Notes: generated from the sequence alone by a model not told the origin. A stretch of 63,071 nt of DNA, filler included, from Octopus bimaculoides (GCF_001194135.2; 6 parts of 5 records of this genome joined end to end with filler, not necessarily neighbours in it), one strand, 5' to 3'; positions 11,691 through 25,358 are shown, numbered from the whole stretch's first letter. Translations and numbers: made by a program.

Positions 11691-14600
11691 AATCCATCCG
11701 TCCAGAGAAAAAAAAATTGTAAGTGTGGGCAAGCAGGGGATTTTTATGCGGTCACACGCACACATACACAGAGGTTTCATAATACAAATAGGAAAATAGA
11801 ACTCAAAATATGAACGTGTGTGTGTGTGTGTATAATATATATATATATATATATATATAGCTAGCTAGCTAGCTAGCTAGATAGATAGATAGAAATGTAG
11901 TGATAAGCAAGTTAGATCAATATATAAAGTATATTGAATAATGAAATACAAAAAATGTATATATGTTTACATACAAAAAAGTCAAACTTACAAAGGATAC
12001 AAATTATATTGAGAATTAAAGGGGTTGAAGAAAGGTATTATGAATCCAACAGCTGTTTCTAGGGGCTCGGTGGTCCAAAATAATGTTTGCAGATTGATTC
12101 CATCGTAGGATGAGACGAACCTCCGTCTTCAGAGAAGAGATCTTACATTCGAGGTGTTAAAAGAAAGAAGTTCAAAGAGGGAATGATTAAATGTGGAGGG
12201 CTAAGTGTATTAGAGAAATGCTATACAACTCCAGTTTAAAAGCAGCCAGCGTTACTTATTATTGCCGGCAAATAATCTTCAGTAAAAGAACCACATGCCG
12301 GGTGGCTATGAAGCGTTGTTAATGTTACATAATATGCATTCAGTGGCCTTTTGAAACATTTGTAGTGCTTCACTAATATATATATATTTATACATATATA
12401 TACATATGTATGCATAAAAAGTCCTTGGAAATATACAGAATAGTATGTTAATAATATTAATAAAATTTCGTCAGAAGTTATAAAGATATTGTTTATTGAT
12501 TTATTTATATACATACATAAAGGTCTCCGAATTTTTTTGAATCTCAAAGATTGACTCTCAAATGCTAGACAATTTAATAGATAAATGAATAAATACATTT
12601 ATTAATTAAAGTAGATAAAAAGACTTAGTAGTTCGTTTCTTATCCTACTTGTCAGATATAATATGACTTCCATCTCTTGTATGTGAAAATCAAACTGTAG
12701 GGCTGGCCATTCTTCTACTGTTTACCGTATTACTGACCACTCTTCGACTGGTCAATTTTTTACTGGTCACTTTTACTATTCATCATTCTATACTTCTTAC
12801 CACTCTAAATTACAGTTACTCCAATCTGTCCTGTTATCCAACATCCTTTTATTTAAAAGGTTCATTTATCATTTCTCTCTTTCAATACCACAAGTCCGAT
12901 ATTTGTCAAGAAGGAATAGAGTCAATTGGATGGACCTCAGTATATAACTGATATTATTTGTAACAGGTAGGAGAAACAGTTTAGAAAACAAAAATTGACA
13001 CTTCCAGACAAAAATGACAGATTTATTAAACACCTGGCTAAAATATAATGAATTACCATGGACTAACTTCATTTGTTGGTGGACATTTTAACTGAGAGAT
13101 CTGCTGTTATAAGGCATTAAGTTTATTGCTAAGAGATCCATGTCAAATTTGTTACTACAGATGGATGTGACATCTGTTGTTAAAATATAGATGTGATATT
13201 TGTTGTTATCAGATAGATGTAAAATATTGCTAACAGATGAATGTCAAAACTGTTATACACGTCAAATATGTTGTCAGCAGCTCGACGTCAATATATTAAC
13301 ATAAAGATGTTAAATCCATTTTAGTAAATCTTTGTCAAATCAGTCGTTAACCAATAATTATGAAACCTGTTGTCAAGCGATAGATTTTAAATTAATTGGG
13401 GGGGGGGGGTGAGGGTAGGGGTGCGATAAATGTCAAATTTATTGATAGCAAATAGATGTCAAAATATGTTGTTGCTGAGAGATACATTATGCTGAATTTA
13501 TTGCATAACAGACGGTTGTTAAATCTGTTTCTGTAAAAATCTTTTATGTGTAAAATATGTTAGTAAGTTGATATCAAACATTAATAGATTGATTGTAAAA
13601 AAATAATCTATGGTTAGCAGATATATGTCATATCTGTAAACAGATACGGTCAAATATATTACTAGGCAATAAATTTGATATCGGTGGTTGATAGACTGAT
13701 GTCAAAATCTGTTTTGAAATTATAGATGCTAAAGTTATTGTTTGATCAGGGATCTCACTTGGAACGAATACAAATATGTTCAGTTCCCAGCTACAAAGAA
13801 AGTTGGATTCTTTTTCCATGCTTACAAATTTCTTACATCTGAGAATATCTTGTATCTCTATGAGGCCACTGATCAGCTTTGCATTAGATATTACTGTCTT
13901 CTTTGGGCTGGAGGCCTCTTCTGAGTGACTGGACTTATTTAATCAAGTTCAGAATCAACTTGCGGATCCTTTTCTTTCTGTTGGCGTATTGACGAAATAG
14001 TTTTCGCTGAGCTCATTTCTCTGTTAAACTTTCTGGTCCAGTAACCTCTGTCAAGACCTTCAAATGTGTCCCCAACTTCTCTTCCTAGACGCAATAATTC
14101 TCTGTCGAGCTTTCCGTTAGTCATAAGTTATCTTATTCTAACAAGCTTCTTTCCTCGAACTGATGCTTTACTTCAAATTGAACCTCGAAACGTATGTTAA
14201 CGGGCCTTCAAACAACAGATTGATCTCCGGGCTGGTTCGTCTCTTTAAAAGTTCTTTTCCATATCCATCTTTGTAATTAATGTTTTTACAAACCCCAGTG
14301 CGACAGAACTAACCCGTCATCTGGCTTAGCACCAATACCTTGTCCTTGGATATCTTTAACAGAATCTGCTCTGTTGCAAACATTTCAACTAAGTCTTCAG
14401 TCAGAAGAGGCTCCAGTTTTGGAGGTTTTGAAGAGACATTGATGCCGTATTTGTTCCTCTAACTCAACCTTATTATTTTAATATCTGTAAGGTCGACACT
14501 TAACCCAGTTTCTGCAGTATCAAATTTCCCTTTGAATATGGTACTAGCCTGTTATAGCCAGCTTTCAGTGACGTACTGTACCCATTTCTTCACAGCGAGT

Positions 14601-14710
14601 TAGAAGTATCATAGAGTAGAGTCACAAGCACTGGGATATACCGAAATGTATGCTGTTGATTTGAACTTACAACCAAAAGGTTAGTAGTTCTAATGCAAAA
14701 TCTAACTGAC

Positions 14711-14911
14711 AATTCTTTTTCTACTCTAGGCACAAGCCCGGAATTTTGGGGGAGGGGGCCAGTCGATTAGATCGACCCCAGTGCGCAACTGGTACTTAAT
14801 TTATCGACCTCGGAAGGATGAAAGGCAAAGTCGATCTCAGCAGAATTTGAACTCAGAACATAAAGACAGACGAAAGACCGCTAAGCATTTCGCCAGGCAT
14901 GCCAACGTTTC
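14711..14911 (-). mobile_element. tRNA-derived SINE, family A, tail type 1
   Basis: Reverse complement of the family A body, with tail ...GGGCTTGTGCCTAGAGTAGAAAAAGAATT. Head clipped by the adjacent copy. Confidence 0.9.
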
Positions 14912-15123
14912 TTATTTCTTTATTGCCCACAAGGGGCTAAACATAGAGGGGACAGACAAATAGATTAAGTCGATTACATCGACCCCAGTGCGTAACTGGT
15001 ACTTAATTTATCGACCCCGAAAGGATGAAAGGCAAAGTCGACCTCGGCGGAATTTGAACTCAGAACATAAAGACAGACGAATTAGCATTTGGCCCGGCGT
15101 GCTAACGTTTCTGCCAGCTCACC
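14908..15123 (-). mobile_element. tRNA-derived SINE, family A, tail type 2
   Basis: Complete head GGTGAGCTGGCAGAAACGTTAGCACGCCGGG and the same core. Different tail ...TTTGTCTGTCCCCTCTATGTTTAGCCCCTTGTGGGCAATAAAGAAATAAGAAA. Confidence 0.9.
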
Positions 15124-15167
15124 GGGCCTGAAAGAAACTAGCATAAATCACGTTTTTATAAATCTAC

Positions 15168-15440
15168 AGTGTGTTTTGTGAGTTGTGTTCTTGAGCAAGA
15201 CACTTTATTTCACGTTGCTCCGGTTCACTCAGCTGTAGAAATGAGTTGCGAGGTCACTGGTGCCAAACTCTATCAGCCTTTGCCTTTCCCCTGGATAACA
15301 TCGGTGGCGTGGAGAAGGGGAGGTTGGCATGCATGGATGACCGCTGGTCTTCCTTAAACAACCTTGCCCGGAATTGTGCTTCGAAGGGGAACTTTCTAAG
15401 TGCAATCCCATGGTCATTCAAGACTGAAGGGGGTCTTTAC
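15168..15440 (+). mobile_element. SINE family D, 5'-truncated
   Basis: Colinear with the headed copy at 57332-57661 (ttgagcaagacactttatttcacgttgctcc...gactgaagggggtcttt). Confidence 0.85.
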
Positions 15441-15738
15441 CCCCACTCTTTATAGTGATTATAAAGAAAGCATACTTCTTACTCCGTCTGGATGTATAAT
15501 ACAAACGGATTCAGTCAATTATTAAAGTTTTCACCACCAGAAGTAACCATTAGTGGGCGGATAATTAGTTAACATGGTACCTGTACGATATTCAATTTCG
15601 CCTACTTCAAGCTTTTTGCAAAAAGTCTTCTAGGTTTGTTTTTTTTTTTTCTTTTACTGATAGCCCTGTGAAGTTTTCTGATCTATTCGTTATTAGCAAC
15701 AGAAACAGTATCATTTCAAAATAATATTCTGCATATAT

Positions 15739-16035
15739 AGGCGCAGGAGTGGCTGTGTGGTAAGTAGCTTGCTTACCAACCACATGGTTCCGGGTTCAGT
15801 CCCACTGCGTGGCACCTTGGGCAAGTGTCTTCTACTATAGCCTCGGGCTGACCAAAGCTTTGTGAGTGGATTTGGTAGATGGAAACTAAAGGAAGCCCGT
15901 CGTATATATGTATATATATATATATATNNNNNNNNNNNNNNNNNNNNNNNNNNNNNNNNNNNNNNNNNNNNNNNNNNNNNNNNNNNNNNNNNNNNNNNNN
16001 NNNNNNNNNNNNNNNNNNNNNNNNNNNNNNNNNNN

Positions 16036-16067
<32 letters not shown>

Positions 16068-16266
16068 TGTGTCTGTTTGTCACCCCAACATCGCTTGACA
16101 ACCGATATTGGTGTATTTACGTCCCCGTAACTTAGCGGTTCGGCAAAAAGAGACCGATAGAATAAGTACTAGGCTTACAAAGAATAAGTCCTGGGGTCGA
16201 TGTGCTCGACTAAAGGCGGTGCCTCAGCGTGGCCGCAGTCAAATGACTGAAACAAGTAAAAGAGTA
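15739..16266 (+). mobile_element. tRNA-derived SINE, family B, with internal (TA)n/(TG)n
   Basis: Head AGGCGCAGGAGTGGCTGTGTGGTAAG...GGGTTCAGTCCC, internal microsatellite and gap, tail ...GACTGAAACAAGTAAAAGAGTA. Several minus-strand relatives at 48-52 kb. Confidence 0.88.
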
Positions 16267-16766
16267 TATCTTACATAATGTGTAGATATGCAGTAGAAAG
16301 CCACAAAACTGTGGTATTCGCCTCGAGAAAGCATCTCGTATAGACATATAGTGCTAAAAAACACAGAAAAATATCAGCAGCAGATGAAAAGGGTGTATAG
16401 TCAACGAGCCAGCAATAACTACAGACTTATGTATTTGCTTAAAAAATTTTCTTCTATCCCATCAAAATTTAATCGAAGAAGAACGGTTTTTTAACAAAAA
16501 TATTGTGTAATCCGGAGACTCCATTTTAAAACTTAAACATAAGTGACCTCGTTAGAACCTCCCCTAAATCACAACGGCAGTCAAATAAGCAAATTTATCT
16601 CTCATCAAAAATTACACAAATATTTTTATATTTATATTTTCATTTTCATTTTACAAAATAAATTCAAAACTGCGATAGATAACAAAAAGTCGAAGCCATC
16701 AAACGTTTCAAACAGAACACGTAAAATGAGAATGAATAGTGTTTTTTTTTTTGTTGTTTTCTTTGT

Positions 16767-16801
<35 letters not shown>

Positions 16802-17689
16802 TTTCGGCGTGGTGGTGGTAGTGGCGGTGGTGGTGGTTGAGGAGAATATAAAACACTGAAATAATTCGTTGAACAGCTGAATAGTGAGTTATCTTTGCCG
16901 AACAGACATTGGCATCCATTTAAAGCAGCATTTACATTGTACGTTATTATCTACGGATATTTCAATACATAATGGCGACTTTAAAGCCAAAACGTAGATT
17001 CTGCTGAATAACGACAAAACTTTGAGGATATTTACAGACATGCTTTACAGAAAGTTCATGGAAGCGGGGTGAAGGACTGCTGTCCAGGAGGCGGGCAGAG
17101 ATTCGTTTGAAAAAATAATATATTTGCTATTATTATTATTATTATCATTATCTTTATCTTTATTATTATTATTATTATTATTACTATTATTATTATTATT
17201 GATGTTGTTATAGTTGTTGTTATTGTTGTCTTCTTTCTTCTTTCTTCTCTTTCTTTTTCCTTTTTCCTTTTTCCTTTTCCCTTTTTCCTTTTCGTTCGTT
17301 GCTTATAAACCGAAGACTTTCAAGCAATCCACAACTAATAAATGACACCTTTTATCTTTAGCAATCCCTGCTTTCATCAACATCAGCTGTCTTCTCTTGA
17401 TCTAATTACTATTGTTGTTACAATTACACCATCTTCTTTCCAACTTCTTCCTCTTCCTCCTCCTCCTCCTCCTCCTCCTCCTCTTCTTCTTCTTCTTTCT
17501 TCCTTCTTCACTCATTCATTCATTATTCCTTCTCCTCATTTCCATCCACATTACATCGACTTTATATCCGTAGCAGCAATATTTTCCGGCAACTGTATAT
17601 ATATTCTTTTAATTCTCGACCCATTATTCTCTCCACACTTCCTTTTTCCACATATGTGTGCGTATGCATATACACGCATATACAAATAT

Positions 17690-17774
<85 letters not shown>

Positions 17775-18397
17775 NNNNNNNNNNNNNNNNNNNNNNNNNN
17801 NNNNNNNNNNNNNNNNNNNNNNNNNNNNNNNNNNNNNNNNNNNNNNNNNNNNNNNNNNNNNNNNNNNNNNNNNNNNNNNNNNNNNNNNNNNNNNNNNNNN
17901 NNNNNNNNNNNNNNNNNNNNNNNNNNNNNNNNNNNNNNNNNNNNNNNNNNNNNNNNNNNNNNNNNNNNNNNNNNNNNNNNNNNNNNNNNNNNNNNNNNNN
18001 NNNNNNNNNNNNNNNNNNNNNNNNNNNNNNNNNNNNNNNNNNNNNNNNNNNNNNNNNNNNNNNNNNNNNNNNNNNNNNNNNNNNNNNNNNNNNNNNNNNN
18101 NNNNNNNNNNNNNNNNNNNNNNNNNNNNNNNNNNNNNNNNNNNNNNNNNNNNNNNNNNNNNNNNNNNNNNNNNNNNNNNNNNNNNNNNNNNNNNNNNNNN
18201 NNNNNNNNNNNNNNNNNNNNNNNNNNNNNNNNNNNNNNNNNNNNNNNNNNNNNNNNNNNNNNNNNNNNNNNNNNNNNNNNNNNNNNNNNNNNNNNNNNNN
18301 NNNNNNNNNNNNNNNNNNNNNNNNNNNNNNNNNNNNNNNNNNNNNNNNNNNNNNNNNNNNNNNNNNNNNNNNNNNNNNNNNNNNNNNNNNNNNNNNN

Positions 18398-18438
<41 letters not shown>

Positions 18439-18443
18439 CATAC

Positions 18444-18475
<32 letters not shown>

Positions 18476-18884
18476 AGATGCATACATACATGTATACATA
18501 TACTCACACATATATTAATCACATTCAAAGGATGTTATCAACTTACAATTCGCTCCATTGTTGTTGAGATTCAATATTTTTGTTTAATGTGTACACATAG
18601 ACACACACATACACACGCACACTCGCGCGCACACACGCACACACTTTCATACATACATACATGCACATGTTTTAATGCATACATTTATGCGTGTTATATG
18701 CATGTGAGAGAGAGGGTGGAGTGAGTGGGTGTGGGTAGGTAGGTGATGGTTATGTTTTTTTTTTTCTTTCGCCATTAACAAGAAAGTGTCATATAAGCTG
18801 GAAACAATGGATGTGTGCAGTTGGCTGAAAGCGAACCAGGAGATTGACAAACAACCCAACGGACAAACTCTTTCAATGAGAGAG

Positions 18885-18886
18885 GC

Positions 18887-18966
<80 letters not shown>

Positions 18967-19023
18967 TGATTGATTGATTGATTGACTGACTGACTGATTG
19001 ATTGATTGATTGATAGATTGATT

Positions 19024-19086
<63 letters not shown>

Positions 19087-19088
19087 AT
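18885..19088. repeat. Compound (ACAG)n(ATAG)n(ATTG)n tetranucleotide array
   Basis: Direct reading. Confidence 0.95.
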
Positions 19089-19609
19089 ATGAGTGGGAGA
19101 ATGGAAAAGAAAGAAAGAAAGAACTTGGTGGCGGAGGAGTAGAAAGCGGAGGAGGAGGAGGAGGAGGTAGAGAAGGTGGCGGAGAAGATAGAAAATAAAG
19201 AACTAGAACAAGAACGAGGAAGTATGAAAGAACAACAAAAACAACAAAAAAAAAGAAAAAAAAGAAGAAAAAAGATATAAAGAATGAATTAATGAAAGAA
19301 AGAGAGAACAAACGAAAGAATGAAAGGGAAAAAGAGAAGTAAAAATGAAAGCTACGATCGGTGTAGTTGGTGGGTAAAGATGGCGGTGATGAGGTTGGTT
19401 TTGTCGGGTTTTTTTTTTCCTTGAATATTTCTGTCATAAGTGTGTCAATAGATATTTGCTTCAAGTGGACTTGATACAAAACATATCAAACAAAACAACA
19501 ATAAGCGCAGGTCCCATCCTGTCCTCCCCCCCATTTCACGCCATTTCACTCATTATCTCTCTATCTATCTGTCTTTGTCAGTTTATCTCTGTTTCGATAT
19601 GTATGTATG

Positions 19610-19678
<69 letters not shown>

Positions 19679-19916
19679 GCTGCGTTAATATTGGCCACGC
19701 TATGTCACAGCACGTCCATACACCCAAAACATAATCGATTCCTCTACTACACTGGTCAGTGGTCTTTTTTAATATCTTCCACTATAAAATAGCGTGTGAA
19801 TATGAACATACATACTTACATACATACATACACACATATACACGCACTTATATACTCCATAGATATATCCAGGATAAGCACACACCATATTACATACATA
19901 CGTACTCATATATGTA

Positions 19917-19963
<47 letters not shown>

Positions 19964-20169
19964 CCGTTTAGGAATGCATATGAAAAAAAGAATACCTAAT
20001 ATTACGCTGCAACGAGTTCATTTCATTGTGTAGAATAACGGATTCGTGGAATTTTACAGCAGTCGATTGTCCATACTGCCTAAGAATGAATACTAAAAGA
20101 CAAAATAATGTACAGAATTGTTACTTGTGCCTAGAGTCCACTGGTTAGCAGAGGTTTCAGGATAAGATT

Positions 20170-20780
20170 CAATATTTTTTTCTGGTGTTTGTGATATACA
20201 ATTTCCCCCCGCGTTTAGTTACCGTTACTTTCGATCTAGTTACCGTAGTTTTTTTTACGTCAGAATGTAAAATTTTTCCACTAAACAGAACGTACATCAT
20301 TTTGCTTCATTGATACATGGGGATGCAGTATCTAGTTTGATCCCAGCTATGGAAATGTTGTCAGTTCCATAATCCTTCGTTCCCAGATGTACCGCGATAA
20401 AGAGGTGGTATTGATTCTCTGGATTTGATTGAGTATGTATGTTGTTTGAATCTCTACTTAAACATGTGTTCTGTGAGTCCAGTATAATTTCTCTTAATAC
20501 GTTTGTGTTTTAATATCTCTGTATGTCACTGTGTTAAGAACGCATGGCTTATTTAGTGAACAGTTTCACTTGGTTCTTTCTTTACTACTTGTTGAGTTTG
20601 GAACAGGTAGTACGAAGATCACCTGATTTGTTTCTGATTGTATTTTTTTACTGTGAAGCAATCTTGTCCAAATAGCAACAGCAGAGTTTTGGTATTGTTT
20701 TTTGGTATATGAAATTAATGTATGCCGAGACAGGATAGTTCCATGTTGGTATTTATATTCTTGCAATACTCCTATTAAAC
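20170..20780 (-). mobile_element. Penelope-like element, thumb/GIY-YIG C-terminal relic
   Basis: Across stops and frameshifts the minus strand gives CSLNKPCVLNTVTY, NYTGLTEHMFK.RFKQHTYSIKS, TSLSRYIWE and C.FCLVEKFYIL. This is the motif order of the Poseidon/Neptune-type GIY-YIG domain. Confidence 0.8.
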
Positions 20781-21552
20781 CACATTCTATTTTTCTTCGA
20801 GACTTGTTATTTCAAGGATGTGGTATTAAGTGGTTCCTCGTTAAAATTCCTCTTTAGTGCAGTATTGTTATGGCAGTTGTTGACATGGTTGAAAAAAACC
20901 CTGTTACACGATTGGTTGGATGTACTCCTACTTATTCCTTCTCTTATTTTTAAGTTGGAGTTTTCATCCATACACACATCCACGCACACACGCGCGCATA
21001 CACACACACACATACTTAAATGTGGAACAATGAGAATGAGTGCTCAACACCGCATTGTCGGATAAAGTTCTTTTTTGTGTGTATTAAGGCAACCATTGGT
21101 TTCATGTTAAGAAACTATCTTAATATCTTAACAAATTTTCAAGCCGATCATATGCAGGAATGGTGTCCGTTCCCATATATATATATATATATATATATAN
21201 NNNNNNNNNNNNNNNNNNNNNNNNNNNNNNNNNNNNNNNNNNNNNNNNNNNNNNNNNNNNNNNNNNNNNNNNNNNNNNNNNNNNNNNNNNNNNNNNNNNN
21301 NNNNNNNNNNNNNNNNNNNNNNNNNNNNNNNNNNNNNNNNNNNNNNNNNNNNNNNNNNNNNNNNNNNNNNNNNNNNNNNNNNNNNNNNNNNNNNNNNNNN
21401 NNNNNNNNNNNNNNNNNNNNNNNNNNNNNNNNNNNNNNNNNNNNNNNNNNNNNNNNNNNNNNNNNNNNNNNNNNNNNNNNNNNNNNNNNNNNNNNNNNNN
21501 NNNNNNNNNNNNNNNNNNNNNNNNNNNNNNNNNNNNNNNNNNNNNNNNNNNN

Positions 21553-21595
<43 letters not shown>

Positions 21596-21777
21596 AAGCA
21601 TGTATAGTATACTGGTCTGTTCTGTTATTGGCGGGATCAACAAAAAATCACTCTATCCATCGGCCAGGAAAGAATCAGTTCTATTTAGTTTCAGATGTAA
21701 AAATGAGGATTATAGGGCTTCATGCTTGTCTCTTGTGTAAATTAAGTTAAATAGCTCCAACAAAGAATTGAAACTAT

Positions 21778-21912
21778 ACAGTTCCATATTTAAGAGATGA
21801 GGAATTATGCACATTATTTACATTATTTACATTTGACGGATGGGCATATGGCGTAGTGGTTAAGAGCGCGGGCTACTAACCCCAAGATTCCGAGTTCGAT
21901 TCCAGGCAGTGA

Positions 21913-21972
<60 letters not shown>

Positions 21973-22020
21973 CTTAGGAATGAGAACCCAGGTTCGAAAT
22001 TTCCCCAAGACACCTAATGG
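21778..22020 (+). mobile_element. tRNA-headed SINE family E: inverted tail piece (21778-21840), head, (AAT)n, start of hammerhead-like tail
   Basis: A box TGGCGTAGTGG and B box GAGTTCGATTCC. 21778-21840 is the reverse complement of the family's own 3' tail as seen at 26509-26565. Ends at GACACCTAATG. Confidence 0.85.
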
Positions 22021-22515
22021 ATTGATAGGTGGCATTCATCAACTTGCAGACATTGTATTATGCCAATTTACTTGTTTATTTGTTTACTAAAAGGACAATA
22101 ATAACAATATACAAACACATGTGACATATTATGTCATATCAGTAATTATAAAAATGACATATAATGACAGAAAATGGGANNNNNNNNNNNNNNNNNNNNN
22201 NNNNNNNNNNNNNNNNNNNNNNNNNNNNNNNNNNNNNNNNNNNNNNNNNNNNNNNNNNNNNNNNNNNNNNNNNNNNNNNNNNNNNNNNNNNNNNNNNNNN
22301 NNNNNNNNNNNNNNNNNNNNNNNNNNNNNNNNNNNNNNNNNNNNNNNNNNNNNNNNNNNNNNNNNNNNNNNNNNNNNNNNNNNNNNNNNNNNNNNNNNNN
22401 NNNNNNNNNNNNNNNNNNNNNNNNNNNNNNNNNNNNNNNNNNNNNNNNNNNNNNNNNNNNNNNNNNNNNNNNNNNNNNNNNNNNNNNNNNNNNNNTATAT
22501 ATATATATATATATG

Positions 22516-22732
22516 TAGTAATCCCTCGCCATATTGCTGTTCGCCTATCACGATTTATTATTTAAGCTTACGTCGATTCCTCCGTGGTATTGTTTTGCAT
22601 TTATAATAAAATAAATATATACAAATTATAAATATAATTTTAAAATATACAGTACTGTTTCTACTTCACAGATTTTCGCCTAACGCGGGTGAGGGTCGGA
22701 ACGTAACACCCGCGATAGTCGAGGGATTACTG
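22516..22732. mobile_element. pogo/Tigger-like MITE
   Basis: TIRs TAGTAATCCCTCG (22516) and CGAGGGATTACTG (to 22732), followed by TA. Confidence 0.75.
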
Positions 22733-22847
22733 TATAAATATATATATAAGTATGTACCTACACATATATAGGTATGTTGTGTGATAAGAAAGGCAATGAA
22801 AGGATAAATTTGAATATGAAAGAGAAGCAGCGCAAATGTAAAAAAAC

Positions 22848-23373
<526 letters not shown>

Positions 23374-23589
23374 ACACACACACACACACTCACACATAGT
23401 TGAAATTTACAGAAATACAAAAAACGAAGATAGGTGTATGAACAACGAGCATGTGTATAAGTTTGACGCTCGGGAAAGTGAGAAAGTCGTTTACGTTTCG
23501 AGCCTACGCTCTTTAACAGAATGGAATACGAGGAAATAAATAGAGAATATATGTACATATATATATATGTATACTCGTATATAGACAGC

Positions 23590-23660
<71 letters not shown>

Positions 23661-24448
23661 GTTGATTGGTTGATTGATAACTTCAGCAGAGACAACGCTG
23701 TCTTAGCTTCATAAACATAGATAATAATGTATGACTAGAAAAAAATATTGCTTTGAGTGACAGTATTTATGGGGTTTTCACAATATCTTTCAAGGGGGAA
23801 CCATCGCGTACGAATTCAGTAGCAACAGCAATGCTATAGTTGCCTTCTTCGCCGTCATTATCATCTTGATCATCATCATCATTATCGTCATCATCATGTG
23901 CAGTAGTAACAGCAGCAGCAGCACAGAGTGCATATGCAGTGCATTTGTGCAGGAATATTGTAATAGATGCTTGATTCGCCATGCCTGTGAAGTGACGGCA
24001 AGAGGTAAATTACTCTTTATCTATCAGCAGGAATTACCGGCCCGCACCTCCGGACTTCCGTCATCTTCATCACACACCGCCGCCGCCGCTACCGCCACCA
24101 CCACCACCACCACCACCACCACCANNNNNNNNNNNNNNNNNNNNNNNNNNNNNNNNNNNNNNNNNNNNNNNNNNNNNNNNNNNNNNNNNNNNNNNNNNNN
24201 NNNNNNNNNNNNNNNNNNNNNNNNNNNNNNNNNNNNNNNNNNNNNNNNNNNNNNNNNNNNNNNNNNNNNNNNNNNNNNNNNNNNNNNNNNNNNNNNNNNN
24301 NNNNNNNNNNNNNNNNNNNNNNNNNNNNNNNNNNNNNNNNNNNNNNNNNNNNNNNNNNNNNNNNNNNNNNNNNNNNNNNNNNNNNNNNNNNNNNNNNNNN
24401 NNNNNNNNNNNNNNNNNNNNNNNNNNNNNNNNNNNNNNNNNNNNNNNA

Positions 24449-25173
24449 TCTTCCTCCTCTTTCTCCTCCTCTTCCTCTTCCTCCTCATCATCATCCTCAC
24501 CATCATCATCATCTTCAATCACCTCCTCCTCCTCCTCCTCCTCATCATCATCATCATCATCATCATCGTCATCATCATCATCATCATCATCATGACCATC
24601 ATTGTCATCGTTCTTGTCATCATCATCATCATCATCATCGTCATCGTCATCAAGACCTACGCCTCAGTCTCGATTACCACAACCACTTCGCCCCCACAAC
24701 ACCACAAAAACCACCACCATCATCATCAACATCCTCATCGTTGTCATCACCGCTGCCATCCCCCCTTCCTCCCCTACCGCCATCATCATCATAACCATCA
24801 TCATCACCACTACCACCACCACCACCACCACCACCACCACTGTAGTCATCATCCTCATCATCACCAACACCACCAACACCCACCTCATCACCATTGCAAT
24901 CATCACCATCATCATCATCATCATCATCATCATCGTAGACATCGTCGTCATCACTATTACCTTCATCGTCATCATCCTCACCATCGCCGTCGTCATTGTC
25001 TTCATCACTTGAGTCTTCATCTCACTGTCATCAATATCCTCCTTCCTCTTCCTCCTCCTACTCTTATCCTCGTTCTCTTCCTTTTCACCATCAGCAGCAT
25101 CGATGACATCAATCCCTATTATTAACATCATTATAATCACCACCACCACCGAAACCACCACCACCGCCACCAC
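24449..25173. repeat. Compound (CAT/CAC/CCT)n trinucleotide low-complexity tract
   Basis: Direct reading. Source of the poly-His/Ile/Ser ORFs. Confidence 0.95.
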
Positions 25174-25302
25174 NNNNNNNNNNNNNNNNNNNNNNNNNNN
25201 NNNNNNNNNNNNNNNNNTTAATTAATTAANNNNNNNNNNNNNNNNNNNNNNNNNNNNNNNNNNNNNNNNNNNNTATATATATATATATATATATATATAC
25301 AG

Positions 25303-25358
<56 letters not shown>

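Noticed and set aside
21841-21915. tRNA-like sequences (also 10129, 15739, 26750-26820, 57332)
   Set aside because: A/B boxes are present, but there is no complete acceptor stem and each continues into a repeat body. These are SINE heads, not tRNA genes.
23795-24005. Apparent exon encoding a hydrophobic transmembrane-like stretch
   Set aside because: The hydrophobicity derives from an (ATC)n tract, and the surrounding sequence is low complexity.
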